49,598 bases of DNA from a candidate division WWE3 bacterium (GCA_030619715.1 JAUXAW010000004.1:1-49598); one strand, 5' to 3'; shown: positions 37,013 through 46,375, numbered from the stretch's first letter. The notes: generated by a model from the sequence alone, not told the origin. Made by a program: numbers and translations.

Positions 37013-37396
37013 CTAGACGGGATAGGCTTTTACCTGTACTTCCTCGGGAGAAGCTAGAGCTGTCTTGAGAACTTCGAGGAGAAGAGCTCGAACCCTTAGG
37101 CAATCCTCTTCCTCATCTACCTCCACCGGCAACAACCAGTTGCCGTCGGGGGGACGAACACAGACCCCTCCACCAAGAGCGACTCTCAAACTTCCCTTAG
37201 GAGTTTGGATATCTACTCTTACTTTCGCCCCCTCCGCCCGTTCACATACGGCAGCGAGGAGGTCGGCAGGATCCCGACCGGCCCTAGCACGGATATCGGC
37301 ACGGATATCGAATAGCGAAGATTCACCTCTCCTAACCCAGGCCATTGCTTCCTCACAGACTGTAATGGCCTCATCGACTTTTTGAAGAACCTCCAT
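37013..37396 (-). CDS. Hypothetical protein
   Basis: 127-aa ORF with AAGGAGG RBS and TTGACA-17-TAGTTT promoter (37482-37454). Confidence 0.7.
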   Translation of the reverse strand: MEVLQKVDEAITVCEEAMAWVRRGESSLFDIRADIRARAGRDPADLLAAVCERAEGAKVRVDIQTPKGSLRVALGGGVCVRPPDGNWLLPVEVDEEEDCLRVRALLLEVLKTALASPEEVQVKAYPV

Positions 37397-37558
37397 CTCT
37401 GTCCTCCTTCCCTCATTTTGTGCTCGATTGAAGTCTCTCTTGACCTGTATTAAAAACTACCATATCGTACAAGGGTTGTCAACCCTGAACCACATTGGGT
37501 TCAGGGCAAGGTGGTTAATTGCTAAATTGTTAGCGAGTATGTTAAACTTTCAGTTGCT

Positions 37559-38434
37559 ATGTTAAGTGCGGAAAAAATCACTTTGGAAGAATTGCTGGAT
37601 GCGGGGGTGCATTTTGGGCATCAGCGGAGAAGATGGCACCCGCGAATGGCTTCGTATATCTATACCGAGGAAAAGGGTGTCCACATCCTCGATTTGGCTA
37701 AAACCCGCGAGCACCTCATTGCCGCCGCCAAGTTTCTTTACCAAACCGCCAAAGACGGGGGGACAATTATTTTTGTTGGGACCAAGCGTCAGGCCAAAGA
37801 TATTGTTGAGCGGGAGGCCCAGCGCTGTGGGGCGATGTTTGTTACCGAGCGTTGGCTGGGGGGTCTTCTCACCAACTTCGATAGTGTTAAAATAAATATG
37901 GAGCGGCTCAATGATTTGACGGAAAAACGCGAAAAAGGCGAGCTGGCTCACTACACCAAAAAGGAGCGGCTCGAGATTGACCGCAAGATTAAAAAATTAG
38001 AAACCTTTGTTGGGGGAATTAGGGATTTGAAAGAGTTGCCCGACACCATCGTTTTGGCCAGTGCCCGCAAGGAGCAGGTCGCCGTCCGTGAGGCCAATCG
38101 CAAGGGAATTCCGCTGGTGGCCATCGTGGACACCAACGCCGACCCGCGGCCGATTGACTATCTAATTCCGGGCAACGATGACGCACGTAAGAGCCTCGCT
38201 CTGCTTTTCAGGATTCTCGCCGATGCCGTTTTGGAGGGTGGGGGAGGTGAGGTCGAAGAGGAAGAGGCCAAAAAGACCGAGCTGGATTCTTTGGGTCTTT
38301 CCACCCGCAGCCGGAACGCGCTCAAAAAAGCGGGAATCGAGACAACTGAACAGCTGCAGAGGATGACGGAGGAGGAACTGACGAAGATCAAGGGATTAGG
38401 AAAGAAATCGGTTGAGGAAATTTTGAAAAAATAA
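37559..38434 (+). CDS. rpsB: 30S ribosomal protein uS2 with C-terminal RNAP alpha-CTD-like domain
   Basis: AGVHFGH, RWLGGLLTN, DTNADP, PGNDD; tail LDSLGLSTRSRNALKKAGI...IKGLGKKSVEEI. Confidence 0.95.
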   Translation: MLSAEKITLEELLDAGVHFGHQRRRWHPRMASYIYTEEKGVHILDLAKTREHLIAAAKFLYQTAKDGGTIIFVGTKRQAKDIVEREAQRCGAMFVTERWLGGLLTNFDSVKINMERLNDLTEKREKGELAHYTKKERLEIDRKIKKLETFVGGIRDLKELPDTIVLASARKEQVAVREANRKGIPLVAIVDTNADPRPIDYLIPGNDDARKSLALLFRILADAVLEGGGGEVEEEEAKKTELDSLGLSTRSRNALKKAGIETTEQLQRMTEEELTKIKGLGKKSVEEILKK

Positions 38435-38565
38435 ATTAGCCCGCCTGCCGGGCCACACCCTCAGAGGTGACGCGGCGGCTAGCTATTCTTTCTTGGATTG
38501 TTATCCCGCCGCCGCTAAGCGTTCGCCGAGCACAATCTTAAATTGTGATCCCGGTATCTATACAA

Positions 38566-38600
38566 GCTCGGCTCACGATTCACTCTTCGGGCGTGGCCCT
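38566..38600 (+). repeat. Dispersed element, copy 2
   Basis: 24 bp identical to 23489-23512. Confidence 0.85.
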
Positions 38601-38620
38601 TCGGCGGGTGTTGAGAGGTA

Positions 38621-39067
38621 GTGATGATTGAAGATATAAAAAAACTCCGCTCCGAAACCGGTGCTGCTGTTATGGACATCAAGCGTGCCCTTGAAGAGTC
38701 CGGCGGTGATCTCGAGGAGGCCAAGAAAATCCTTCAAGAACGTGGAGTGGCCAAGGCCCAGAAGAAGTTCGAGCGTGAAGCTTCCGAAGGTCTTGTCTCT
38801 ACCTACGTCCACGCCGTTGGCAAAATTGGGGCAATGGTCGAGCTTTTTTGCGAGACGGATTTTGTCGCCCGCACCGAGGATTTTCAAAAGTTGGCTCATG
38901 AGCTGGCGATGCAGGTGGCGGCAACCAACCCCCAGGACGCCGATGAACTTTTAGAGCAGGAATATATCCGCGACCCATCAAAAACGGTCCAAGACCTTAT
39001 TGGCGAGACGATTGCGAAAGTGGGAGAAAATATTAAAATTGGAAAACTCGTTAGATTTGAGCTGTGA
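38621..39067 (+). CDS. tsf: Elongation factor Ts, short form
   Basis: IKKLRSETGA, CETDFVA, KVGENI. Confidence 0.95.
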   Translation: MMIEDIKKLRSETGAAVMDIKRALEESGGDLEEAKKILQERGVAKAQKKFEREASEGLVSTYVHAVGKIGAMVELFCETDFVARTEDFQKLAHELAMQVAATNPQDADELLEQEYIRDPSKTVQDLIGETIAKVGENIKIGKLVRFEL

Positions 39068-39177
39068 CCAATTTTCAAGCTCCAATTTTCAATGAAATCT
39101 CAATGACCAAATTTTCAAACGTTTGAAAATTGGAATTTGGAGCTTCATTGGGATTTGAGATTTGGGATTTGAGAATT
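39066..39177. repeat. Inverted short-repeat array element
   Basis: CAAATTTTCAAAC/GTTTGAAAATTGG centre with TTTGRGA heptamers, between tsf and frr. Confidence 0.78.
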
Positions 39178-39180
39178 ATT

Positions 39181-39729
39181 ATGCGTATTTCTAAATTCAA
39201 GGAAACCCTTCAGGGCATAGTTGACTACTTAAAATCCGACCTCGCTACTATCCGCACTGGTCGCGCCCATGCTACTTTGGTTGAGGATCTGCCGGTTGAG
39301 GCCTACGGGCAGAAGATGCGACTCAAGGAGCTGGCCGGAATCAGCGTTCCCGACCCGCGGTTAATCGTCCTTGAGCCCTGGGATAAAAGTGTGATTCCGG
39401 ATATTGAAAAGGCAATCAGAAACAGTAAACTAGGTCTCTCTCCGGCTGTTGATGAGGAGCTAATTAGAGTTCCGGTTCCGCCGCTCTCGGAGGAGCGCAG
39501 GCAGGAATTTGTCAAACTTGTCAAAGAAAGAGTCGAGGAAGCACGGCAAAAAGTCCGTCAGGCGCGTCAGGAGGCGATTGAGGAGGTCCGCCGTCAGGAA
39601 AAAGAAAAAGAAATCTCCGAGGATGAGAAATTTAGGCTGCAGAAAGAAATTCAAAAACAGATCGAGAACGTCAACGAGGAGATTAAAGAAGTCGGTGAAG
39701 TGAAGGAGAGCGAAATTTTAAGGATTTAG
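39181..39729 (+). CDS. frr: Ribosome recycling factor
   Basis: IRTGRA, EPWDKS, PPLSEERR. Start moved to ATG 39181. Confidence 0.96.
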   Translation: MRISKFKETLQGIVDYLKSDLATIRTGRAHATLVEDLPVEAYGQKMRLKELAGISVPDPRLIVLEPWDKSVIPDIEKAIRNSKLGLSPAVDEELIRVPVPPLSEERRQEFVKLVKERVEEARQKVRQARQEAIEEVRRQEKEKEISEDEKFRLQKEIQKQIENVNEEIKEVGEVKESEILRI

Positions 39730-39749
39730 TAAAGACTGGGTTATTTTTA

Positions 39750-40820
39750 ATGTTATTAAACTCCACATTTTCACTACTCCGCTTCGGCGCTGTTTTTAGT
39801 TTGCTTGTGTTTGTGCATGAATTGGGCCATTTTTTGGTCGCCAAGTGGCGGAAGGTGGTGGTTGAAGAATTTGGTTTCGGTCTGCCGCCAAGAATTTGGG
39901 GCAAAAAGATTAAGGGCACGATTTATTCTTTAAACTTTGTTCCCATCGGCGGTTTTGTCAAGCTCAAGGGTCAGGATCCGGAGATGGCCGGTTTTGGTGA
40001 TGTTGATAGTTTTTCCGTCAAGTCCAAAAAATCGCGAGCGGCTATTATTCTCGCTGGTGTCTTCGGAAACCTGCTTTTGGCCTGGCTGATTTTTTCTTTT
40101 CTTTTTGCCGTTGGCAACCCCTCTGTCAGTGGCAAGGTTGTTATCGAGGAGGTTGTTTCCGGCTCACCGGCGGAGGCGGTCGGACTCCAGAAAGGCGACA
40201 CTGTTCTCACTATTGACGGTCAAGAGGTTGGTACAACCGAGGACCTGATTTTTAGGGTCAAAGAAAGGGCTGGTCGCGTGACAACCCTCCGGGTTGAACG
40301 CGATGGCCAGAGCTTAGATTTCGAGGTCACTCCCCGCTCCGAGCCGCCGGTGGATGAAGGACCTCTGGGGGTCAAAATTGCGCTGATCGACCCTCAGGTC
40401 AATCTTGTTACCCATCCTTTTTGGCAAGCACCGTGGTACGCGCTGGTTGAAATCAGAGAGATTCTCAAGGATATGGTTTGGGGGTTTGGCTCGATGATTG
40501 CGAGGATTTTCACCCAAGGGCGGGTCCCGACGGAGGTGACCGGCGTGGTTGGTATCAAAGTGCTGACCGATGTGGCCGCCGCAATGGGCAAGCGGTTTTT
40601 CCTGCAGTTTATCGCCCTTTTAAATCTTAATCTTTTTATTTTTAACCTCCTACCGATTCCGGCGCTGGACGGGGGGAGGTTGCTTTTCGTCGGTCTCGAG
40701 GTAGTTCTGAGAAGAGAGCTTGATCCGAAAGTAGAGAGGATGGCCAACAACATCAGCTTAGCTTTCCTCCTCCTCCTTTCGGCCTTGGTAACTATTCAAG
40801 ATATCTCTAGATTTTGGTAG
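39750..40820 (+). CDS. rseP: RseP-like M50 intramembrane protease with PDZ domain
   Basis: HELGH, NLLPIPALDGG. Confidence 0.93.
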   Translation: MLLNSTFSLLRFGAVFSLLVFVHELGHFLVAKWRKVVVEEFGFGLPPRIWGKKIKGTIYSLNFVPIGGFVKLKGQDPEMAGFGDVDSFSVKSKKSRAAIILAGVFGNLLLAWLIFSFLFAVGNPSVSGKVVIEEVVSGSPAEAVGLQKGDTVLTIDGQEVGTTEDLIFRVKERAGRVTTLRVERDGQSLDFEVTPRSEPPVDEGPLGVKIALIDPQVNLVTHPFWQAPWYALVEIREILKDMVWGFGSMIARIFTQGRVPTEVTGVVGIKVLTDVAAAMGKRFFLQFIALLNLNLFIFNLLPIPALDGGRLLFVGLEVVLRRELDPKVERMANNISLAFLLLLSALVTIQDISRFW

Positions 40821-40830
40821 AATATTGCTA

Positions 40831-42276
40831 ATGGAGTTTGAGAAGAAGGAAATTGTTAAAAAGTCAGAGGATTTTTCCCGCTGGTATACCGATGTTATTT
40901 TGAAGGCGGAGTTGGCGGATTACGCGCCAGTTAAGGGCTGTATGGTCATTCGGCCCTACGGTTATGCTCTCTGGGAGGGGGTACAAAAACATCTGGGGCA
41001 GGCGATCAAGGACTCCGGTGTCCCCAACGCCTATTTTCCTCTTTTTATCCCTCATTCTTTTTTGGAAAAAGAAAAGGAACACGTCAAGGGCTTTTCGCCG
41101 GAGCTGGCGGTGGTCACCCACGGCGGCGGTAAAAAGTTGGCCGAGCCGTTGGTCGTCCGCCCAACCTCGGAGACGATTATGTATCCGATGTTCGCCAAGT
41201 GGATTCAAAGCTGGCGCGATCTTCCCTTTAAAATTAACCAGTGGTGCAATATTGTCCGCTGGGAGCTGCGGACCTACCTCTTTCTGCGGACTTTAGAATT
41301 TTTATGGCAAGAGGGTCACACCGCCCACGCGACCCACGAAGAGGCCGAGGAAGAGGCTCTGGCTCGGCTCGAAATGTACAGGAGGTTTGTCGAAGGGGTG
41401 TTGGCAATTCCGACGATCGTTGGCAAAAAATCAGGCGCGGAAAAGTTTGCCGGAGCGGAAGATACTTACACCGTCGAAGCCCTAATGCCCGATGGTAAGG
41501 CCTTGCAGTGCGGGACTTCCCACAATTTGGGTCAAAATTTTGCCAAGGCGTTTGAGATTCAGTTTCAGGATAAGAATGGTCAGTTGCAGCACGTTTATCA
41601 AACCAGTTGGGGACTTTCGACGCGGATAATTGGTGCTCTAATTATGGTCCACGGTGATGACAACGGTTTGGTTCTGCCGCCGGAAATTGCGCCGATTCAA
41701 GTCGTTGTTGTCCCGATTGGAGAAAAATCTCAAATGTCAAATCTCAAATTTCAAAACCACATCTCAAATCTCAAAACTGACTTGGAAACTGCTGGCATTC
41801 GTGTGAAAATTGACGATCGCGAGGAACGCAGTGTGGGGTGGAAATTTAACGAATGGGAATTGAAAGGCGTGCCGGTTCGCATAGAGATAGGTTCGCAAGA
41901 AATTAAGAACAAATCAGTTACGGTAGTCAGAAGAGATACCGGAGAAAAATCCCAAATCCCAAATCCCAAATCCCAAACGGAAATAGAAAGAATTCTTGAC
42001 GATATTCAGCAAAATCTTTACCAAAAAGCCCAAAAGTCCCTAAAGGAAAACACCCACGAAGTAGGGGATTACGCAGAATTCAAAAAGATTATGTCCGGGC
42101 CACGGGGATTTATCAAGGCCTTTTGGTGCGGCTCGGCCGAGTGCGAAGCAAAAATTAAGGAGGAAACAAAGGCGACGATCCGGGCCATTCCTCTCAAACC
42201 AGAAAAAACTTTGGGTAAGTGTGTTTTCTGTGGCCAACCCGCATCCTCCCGTGTTTTCTTCGCCCAGGCGTACTAG
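40831..42276 (+). CDS. proS: Proline--tRNA ligase (archaeal/eukaryote-like type)
   Basis: RPTSET, EFLWQEGH, QTSWGLSTR, C-terminal AQAY. Confidence 0.96.
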   Translation: MEFEKKEIVKKSEDFSRWYTDVILKAELADYAPVKGCMVIRPYGYALWEGVQKHLGQAIKDSGVPNAYFPLFIPHSFLEKEKEHVKGFSPELAVVTHGGGKKLAEPLVVRPTSETIMYPMFAKWIQSWRDLPFKINQWCNIVRWELRTYLFLRTLEFLWQEGHTAHATHEEAEEEALARLEMYRRFVEGVLAIPTIVGKKSGAEKFAGAEDTYTVEALMPDGKALQCGTSHNLGQNFAKAFEIQFQDKNGQLQHVYQTSWGLSTRIIGALIMVHGDDNGLVLPPEIAPIQVVVVPIGEKSQMSNLKFQNHISNLKTDLETAGIRVKIDDREERSVGWKFNEWELKGVPVRIEIGSQEIKNKSVTVVRRDTGEKSQIPNPKSQTEIERILDDIQQNLYQKAQKSLKENTHEVGDYAEFKKIMSGPRGFIKAFWCGSAECEAKIKEETKATIRAIPLKPEKTLGKCVFCGQPASSRVFFAQAY

Positions 42277-42397
42277 TTTGTGTAGTTAAGCCGAATCCAG
42301 TTTTTTGCGGCCTCAATTTCCTTTAACCTCAACACCAACTTTCTCCACCCCGTTTGCCAAAAATTGACGGGTTGGATAAAATGAAAAAGGAGGCGAG

Positions 42398-42793
42398 ATG
42401 GCCGAAAATTGTGTTTTTTGCAAGATTGTTAGGGGAGAAATCCCTTGCTATAAAGTCTACGAAGACGAGGATTTTTTGGCTTTTTTGGATGTAAAACCTT
42501 TAACGAAAGGCAATGCGTTGGTAATCCCGAAGAAACATTATCGTTGGGTTGATGACGTTCCCGATTTTGGCGAATACTTTGAAGTAGCCCGGAAAGTAGG
42601 GCAGGCGACCAAGAAAGCCTTTGGTGCCGAATTCATCTCTTACATAACTATTGGTCTTGAGGTGTCTCACGCCCACATCCGTGTGGTTCCAAGATACAAA
42701 GACGATAAGCATGGGGGTCTAGTCACACTCGAGGTGACCGAGGACTTTTCCGATGAAGAGATGAAAGACATTGCAAAGAAGTTTGATATTTGA
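42398..42793 (+). CDS. HIT family hydrolase
   Basis: CVFCKI, LVIPKKH, HAHIRVVPR (third His of the triad is Arg). Confidence 0.9.
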   Translation: MAENCVFCKIVRGEIPCYKVYEDEDFLAFLDVKPLTKGNALVIPKKHYRWVDDVPDFGEYFEVARKVGQATKKAFGAEFISYITIGLEVSHAHIRVVPRYKDDKHGGLVTLEVTEDFSDEEMKDIAKKFDI

Positions 42794-42830
42794 GATTTGG
42801 AACTTTTTATGATGGGGGGTGTTTTGATGA

Positions 42831-43019
42831 ATGGCAAAAATTACCGTGCGGGAAGGCGAGACAATCGAGCGGGCGTTACGACGCTTTAAGCGCGAGGTTC
42901 AGAAAGCGGGGATTATGGACGAGCTCCGCAAGCGCGAGTTTTACGAAAAACCCTCCGTTGTCAAAAAACGCGAAGAAGCGCAGAAGAAGCGCAAAATTGA
43001 AAAAGAAAGACAAGCTTGA
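42831..43019 (+). CDS. rpsU: 30S ribosomal protein bS21
   Basis: [15 protein letters not shown]. Confidence 0.96.
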   Translation: MAKITVREGETIERALRRFKREVQKAGIMDELRKREFYEKPSVVKKREEAQKKRKIEKERQA

Positions 43020-43022
43020 TTT

Positions 43023-43472
43023 ATGACCTTACCAGAAAAGATTCGTCACAATCTCACAACAGCGATGAAAGCGGACGATAAGGTCCGCGTTTCCACACTG
43101 CGGATGCTTTTGGCGGCTCTACACAACGAGGAGATTGAGCTCGGTCGACAGCTGCGGGGCGAAGATGCAGCAAGGATCGTTAAGCGGTTAGTCAAGCAGC
43201 ATCGTGAATCAATCAGGGAATTCCACCGCGGCGGTCGGGAGGATTTGGTCAAAAAGGAAGAGACGGAACTTGAGATCTTGCAGGAGTATCTGCCGAAGAT
43301 GATGGAAGAGGAGGAAATTGAGGGGTACGCCGACGAGGTGATTGCCGAGGTTGGAGCCGGTGAGCCAAAGGATTTGGGTCGGGTAATGGCGGTTTTGATG
43401 CCGAAGCTGGCCGGGAAAGCCGATGGTGCTGTTGTGAATAGAATTGTTAGGGAAAAACTCTCTGCCAGTTAG
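43023..43472 (+). CDS. GatB/YqeY domain protein
   Basis: AMKA...TLRML, EYLP, GKADG; follows rpsU. Confidence 0.92.
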   Translation: MTLPEKIRHNLTTAMKADDKVRVSTLRMLLAALHNEEIELGRQLRGEDAARIVKRLVKQHRESIREFHRGGREDLVKKEETELEILQEYLPKMMEEEEIEGYADEVIAEVGAGEPKDLGRVMAVLMPKLAGKADGAVVNRIVREKLSAS

Positions 43473-43583
43473 TGCGGCTTTCGGGTCTGCCGCGCTTCAC
43501 TCAGGGAACCCCTGCGCTATTATAAAGAATTAAGGAGCGAACCCTAACGTTCCGCGCCGGCAGACCGCTCAACCCGCTTTGTT

Positions 43584-43826
43584 ATGGACAAACTTAGGAT
43601 TGGTTTGGCTTTCGTCAGTGACAAAAAGATGCAGGAGTTAAATAAAAAGTATCGAAATGTTGACGAGCCGACCGATGTTCTTTCGTTTCCTTTTAACGAA
43701 GAACTTCCCGACGGGACTTATTTTTTGGGAGAAATTGTTGTTAATGTTGATGAGGTGAAAGGCAAGGAAGCGATTTTGGAAAGAATTGTGCACGGGGCCA
43801 AGAATTTATTGAAGGAATTTAAGTGA
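43584..43826 (+). CDS. ybeY: Minimal or degenerate YbeY
   Basis: LNKKYR, PTDVLSFP, LGEIV; only 80 aa, metal motif incomplete. Confidence 0.8.
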   Translation: MDKLRIGLAFVSDKKMQELNKKYRNVDEPTDVLSFPFNEELPDGTYFLGEIVVNVDEVKGKEAILERIVHGAKNLLKEFK

Positions 43827-44299
43827 GATTGATCGTCGGTCTCGGTAATCCGGGTAAGGAGTGTGAGGGAACTCGTCACAACATTGGTTTCTGGATGGTT
43901 GATCGTCTGAAAAAGGAAATTAGCGGTCGGGAGACCTCTTTTTTTAAGAACTCAAATTTTGTCAACGAAGCAGGAAAAGATGTTAAGAAAACTATCAGCC
44001 GTCTCAAAATTCCGCTAGAGGATGTGCTGATTATCCACGACGATTTTGATCTTGAACTAGGCCAGTTTAAGCTCCAATTTAACCGTTCCTCGGCCGGCCA
44101 CAAAGGTGTGCAGTCGGTGATTGACGAACTTGGCTCTCAGGCCTTCTGGCGGCTCAGAATAGGTATCAGGCATCCGCCGGAGGGAGTTGAAGCCGATGAC
44201 TACGTCCTTGCCCGCTTTTCCCCTCAGGAACGGGAGATTCTCGAGGCGACTTTCCCGCAAATCCTCCTCACTGCCCAAAATTGGTTATTGAAAAAATAA
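43823..44299 (+). CDS. pth: Peptidyl-tRNA hydrolase
   Basis: VGLGNPG, TRHNIG, IHDDFD, AGHKG, RLRIGI. Confidence 0.95.
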   Translation: MRLIVGLGNPGKECEGTRHNIGFWMVDRLKKEISGRETSFFKNSNFVNEAGKDVKKTISRLKIPLEDVLIIHDDFDLELGQFKLQFNRSSAGHKGVQSVIDELGSQAFWRLRIGIRHPPEGVEADDYVLARFSPQEREILEATFPQILLTAQNWLLKK

Positions 44300-44329
44300 C
44301 CTCGTTGCTGTTTACTGATTACTGGTTCT

Positions 44330-45757
44330 ATGTTCTACACCAAATACCGCCCACCAAATTTTGATGAGCTCTTCTTCGGGCTGGAGTCGATTGTTAGGGC
44401 TTTAACTTCACAGTTGGAAAAGGGTCGGGTAGGCCACGCCTATCTTTTTTTTGGACCGCGGGGAACCGGCAAGACGACGACGGCGCGGATTTTGGCGAAG
44501 GAGGTCGGTTGCCGCGGTCTGGACCTGATCGAAATCGACGCCGCCAGCAACCGTGGGATTGATGACATTCGCAATCTTCGCGAGAAAATCAGTCTCGCAC
44601 CTACAGAGGGCGATTATAAGGTCTATGTTATTGATGAGGTCCATATGTTGACGAAGGAGGCATTTAATGCTCTTTTGAAGACTCTCGAAGAGCCCCCCTC
44701 ACATGCGATTTTGATTCTTTGCACCACCGAACCGCACAAGGTTCCCGAGACAATTCGCTCCCGCTGTCAAAAGTTTGAGTTTAAACGGGCCTCAATCGCA
44801 GACATTGTCAAAAAGCTCAAACTCATTGTTGAAAGTGAGAAAGCAGAAATATCTGGCGAGGATCTTCAACTTCTGGCTAAGAATGCGGAGGGGGGCTTTC
44901 GGGATGCCGAAACGATGCTCGAGCAGATGATTGTGGGTGGTTTACCCGCTGCTGAGGTTGTAGGGCTTGCCCCGAGCGTAGGCAAGGGGGTGGGGGAGTT
45001 TGTTGAATTTTTATTAAACCAGCAGGTATCAGAAGCGATTAAGTTTGTTAACCGCACGTACGAAAGTGGATCGAACCTTACCAATTTTAACCAAACAATT
45101 TTGGAGTATCTACGCGGCCTACTTTTGGTAAAGAATGGGGTTGGAGAAGAACTACTAGAGGTACCCGAAGAAAACTACAAGCAGATGAAAGAGCAAGCGA
45201 GTAAGCTAAGTGGTCAAAACCTGGATTTTATGATCACAGAATTTACTCAAGTGGGTTTTCAACTTCAAGATTCGGCTATTCCTCAACTGCCTTTTGAGCT
45301 TGCTGTAACAAGGATAGCGGGAAAACTTGAGGCTCAAAGCTCGATGCGGGAAGCTGGAAACGAAAAAGAGACGAACAATCCTCATAAGGTATCCTCGGAG
45401 GATAAAAGATACCCTAAAGACCCAAAAGCTGTATCTGGTATAATTGAAGGATGGGATTCAGTTCTACAGACAGTTAGGTCTTATAACCACTCGTTAGAAG
45501 CGTTGCTTAAATCCTGCCGACCGTTAAAAATTGAGGAGGGAAAATTAATTTTGGAAGTCTTTTACAAATTTCACAAAGAGAGGTTGGAAGAGGCGAAAAA
45601 CAGGAATCTTTTGGAAAAAGTTTTAAAGGAAGTGACAGGCTTGCCTGTTAAGGTACGCTGTATTTTGGGAAAGAAAAAGGATAATCCTAGGGGTCGGAGC
45701 AAGGATTTTGATACGGTGGAAAAATCAGCGCTTGAAGTGTTTAACGGGGAACTATGA
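44330..45757 (+). CDS. dnaX: DNA polymerase III gamma/tau
   Basis: GPRGTGKT, IDEVHML, FNALLKTLEEPP, SRC. Confidence 0.96.
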   Translation: MFYTKYRPPNFDELFFGLESIVRALTSQLEKGRVGHAYLFFGPRGTGKTTTARILAKEVGCRGLDLIEIDAASNRGIDDIRNLREKISLAPTEGDYKVYVIDEVHMLTKEAFNALLKTLEEPPSHAILILCTTEPHKVPETIRSRCQKFEFKRASIADIVKKLKLIVESEKAEISGEDLQLLAKNAEGGFRDAETMLEQMIVGGLPAAEVVGLAPSVGKGVGEFVEFLLNQQVSEAIKFVNRTYESGSNLTNFNQTILEYLRGLLLVKNGVGEELLEVPEENYKQMKEQASKLSGQNLDFMITEFTQVGFQLQDSAIPQLPFELAVTRIAGKLEAQSSMREAGNEKETNNPHKVSSEDKRYPKDPKAVSGIIEGWDSVLQTVRSYNHSLEALLKSCRPLKIEEGKLILEVFYKFHKERLEEAKNRNLLEKVLKEVTGLPVKVRCILGKKKDNPRGRSKDFDTVEKSALEVFNGEL

Positions 45758-46374
45758 TGGTCGTTCCAAAGTCCATCAAAAACCTGATTGAAGCTTTCGA
45801 AAGACTCCCAGGGATTGGTCCCAAGACCGCGGCACGACTGACTTTTTATCTTTTACACGTGCCGGAAGCTGAAGTTGAGGCCTTAGCCGAGGCCGTCGAG
45901 CGGCTCAAAAAAGATACAGTCACCTGTCAAACTTGTTTTAATGTTGCCGAAAGCGACCCTTGCGAAATTTGTTCGTCGTCGCAGCGGAACCGCGCGGTTC
46001 TGGCCGTCGTCGAATCACCTTTGGATGTTCTCGCCCTGGAGCGCGCCGGTTTCAGGGGGCTTTATCATGTTCTTCAAGGAGTAATTGATCCTCTGAATAA
46101 CATCGGGCCGGAGGAGTTGAGGATTAAGGAGTTGTTGCACCGTTTTGCGCCCTCGGCCTCTGCGGTGAAGGAGATAATCCTCGCCACTAACCCCTCCGTC
46201 GAAGGCGAGGCGACGGCAATGTTTATTAAACGAAATCTCAAATCTCGAATCTCAAATCTCAAAACTCCAATCAAGATGACCAGATTAGCTCGGGGGCTTC
46301 CCGTCGGAGGAGACTTGGAGTATGCCGACGATGTAACCTTAGGCAAGGCGCTGGAGGGAAGGACGGAATATTAG
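45754..46374 (+). CDS. recR: Recombination mediator RecR
   Basis: LPGIGPKTAAR, C4 zinc finger, EGEATA, GGDLEYAD. Confidence 0.96.
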   Translation: MMVVPKSIKNLIEAFERLPGIGPKTAARLTFYLLHVPEAEVEALAEAVERLKKDTVTCQTCFNVAESDPCEICSSSQRNRAVLAVVESPLDVLALERAGFRGLYHVLQGVIDPLNNIGPEELRIKELLHRFAPSASAVKEIILATNPSVEGEATAMFIKRNLKSRISNLKTPIKMTRLARGLPVGGDLEYADDVTLGKALEGRTEY

Positions 46375-46375
46375 G

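Noticed and set aside
38450-38530. Pistol ribozyme (GGGCCAC and CTAAGCGTT words)
   Set aside because: The P1 stem and pseudoknot partner are missing.
38621-39067. Short EF-Ts as a truncation
   Set aside because: Short EF-Ts forms are known and the key motifs are intact.
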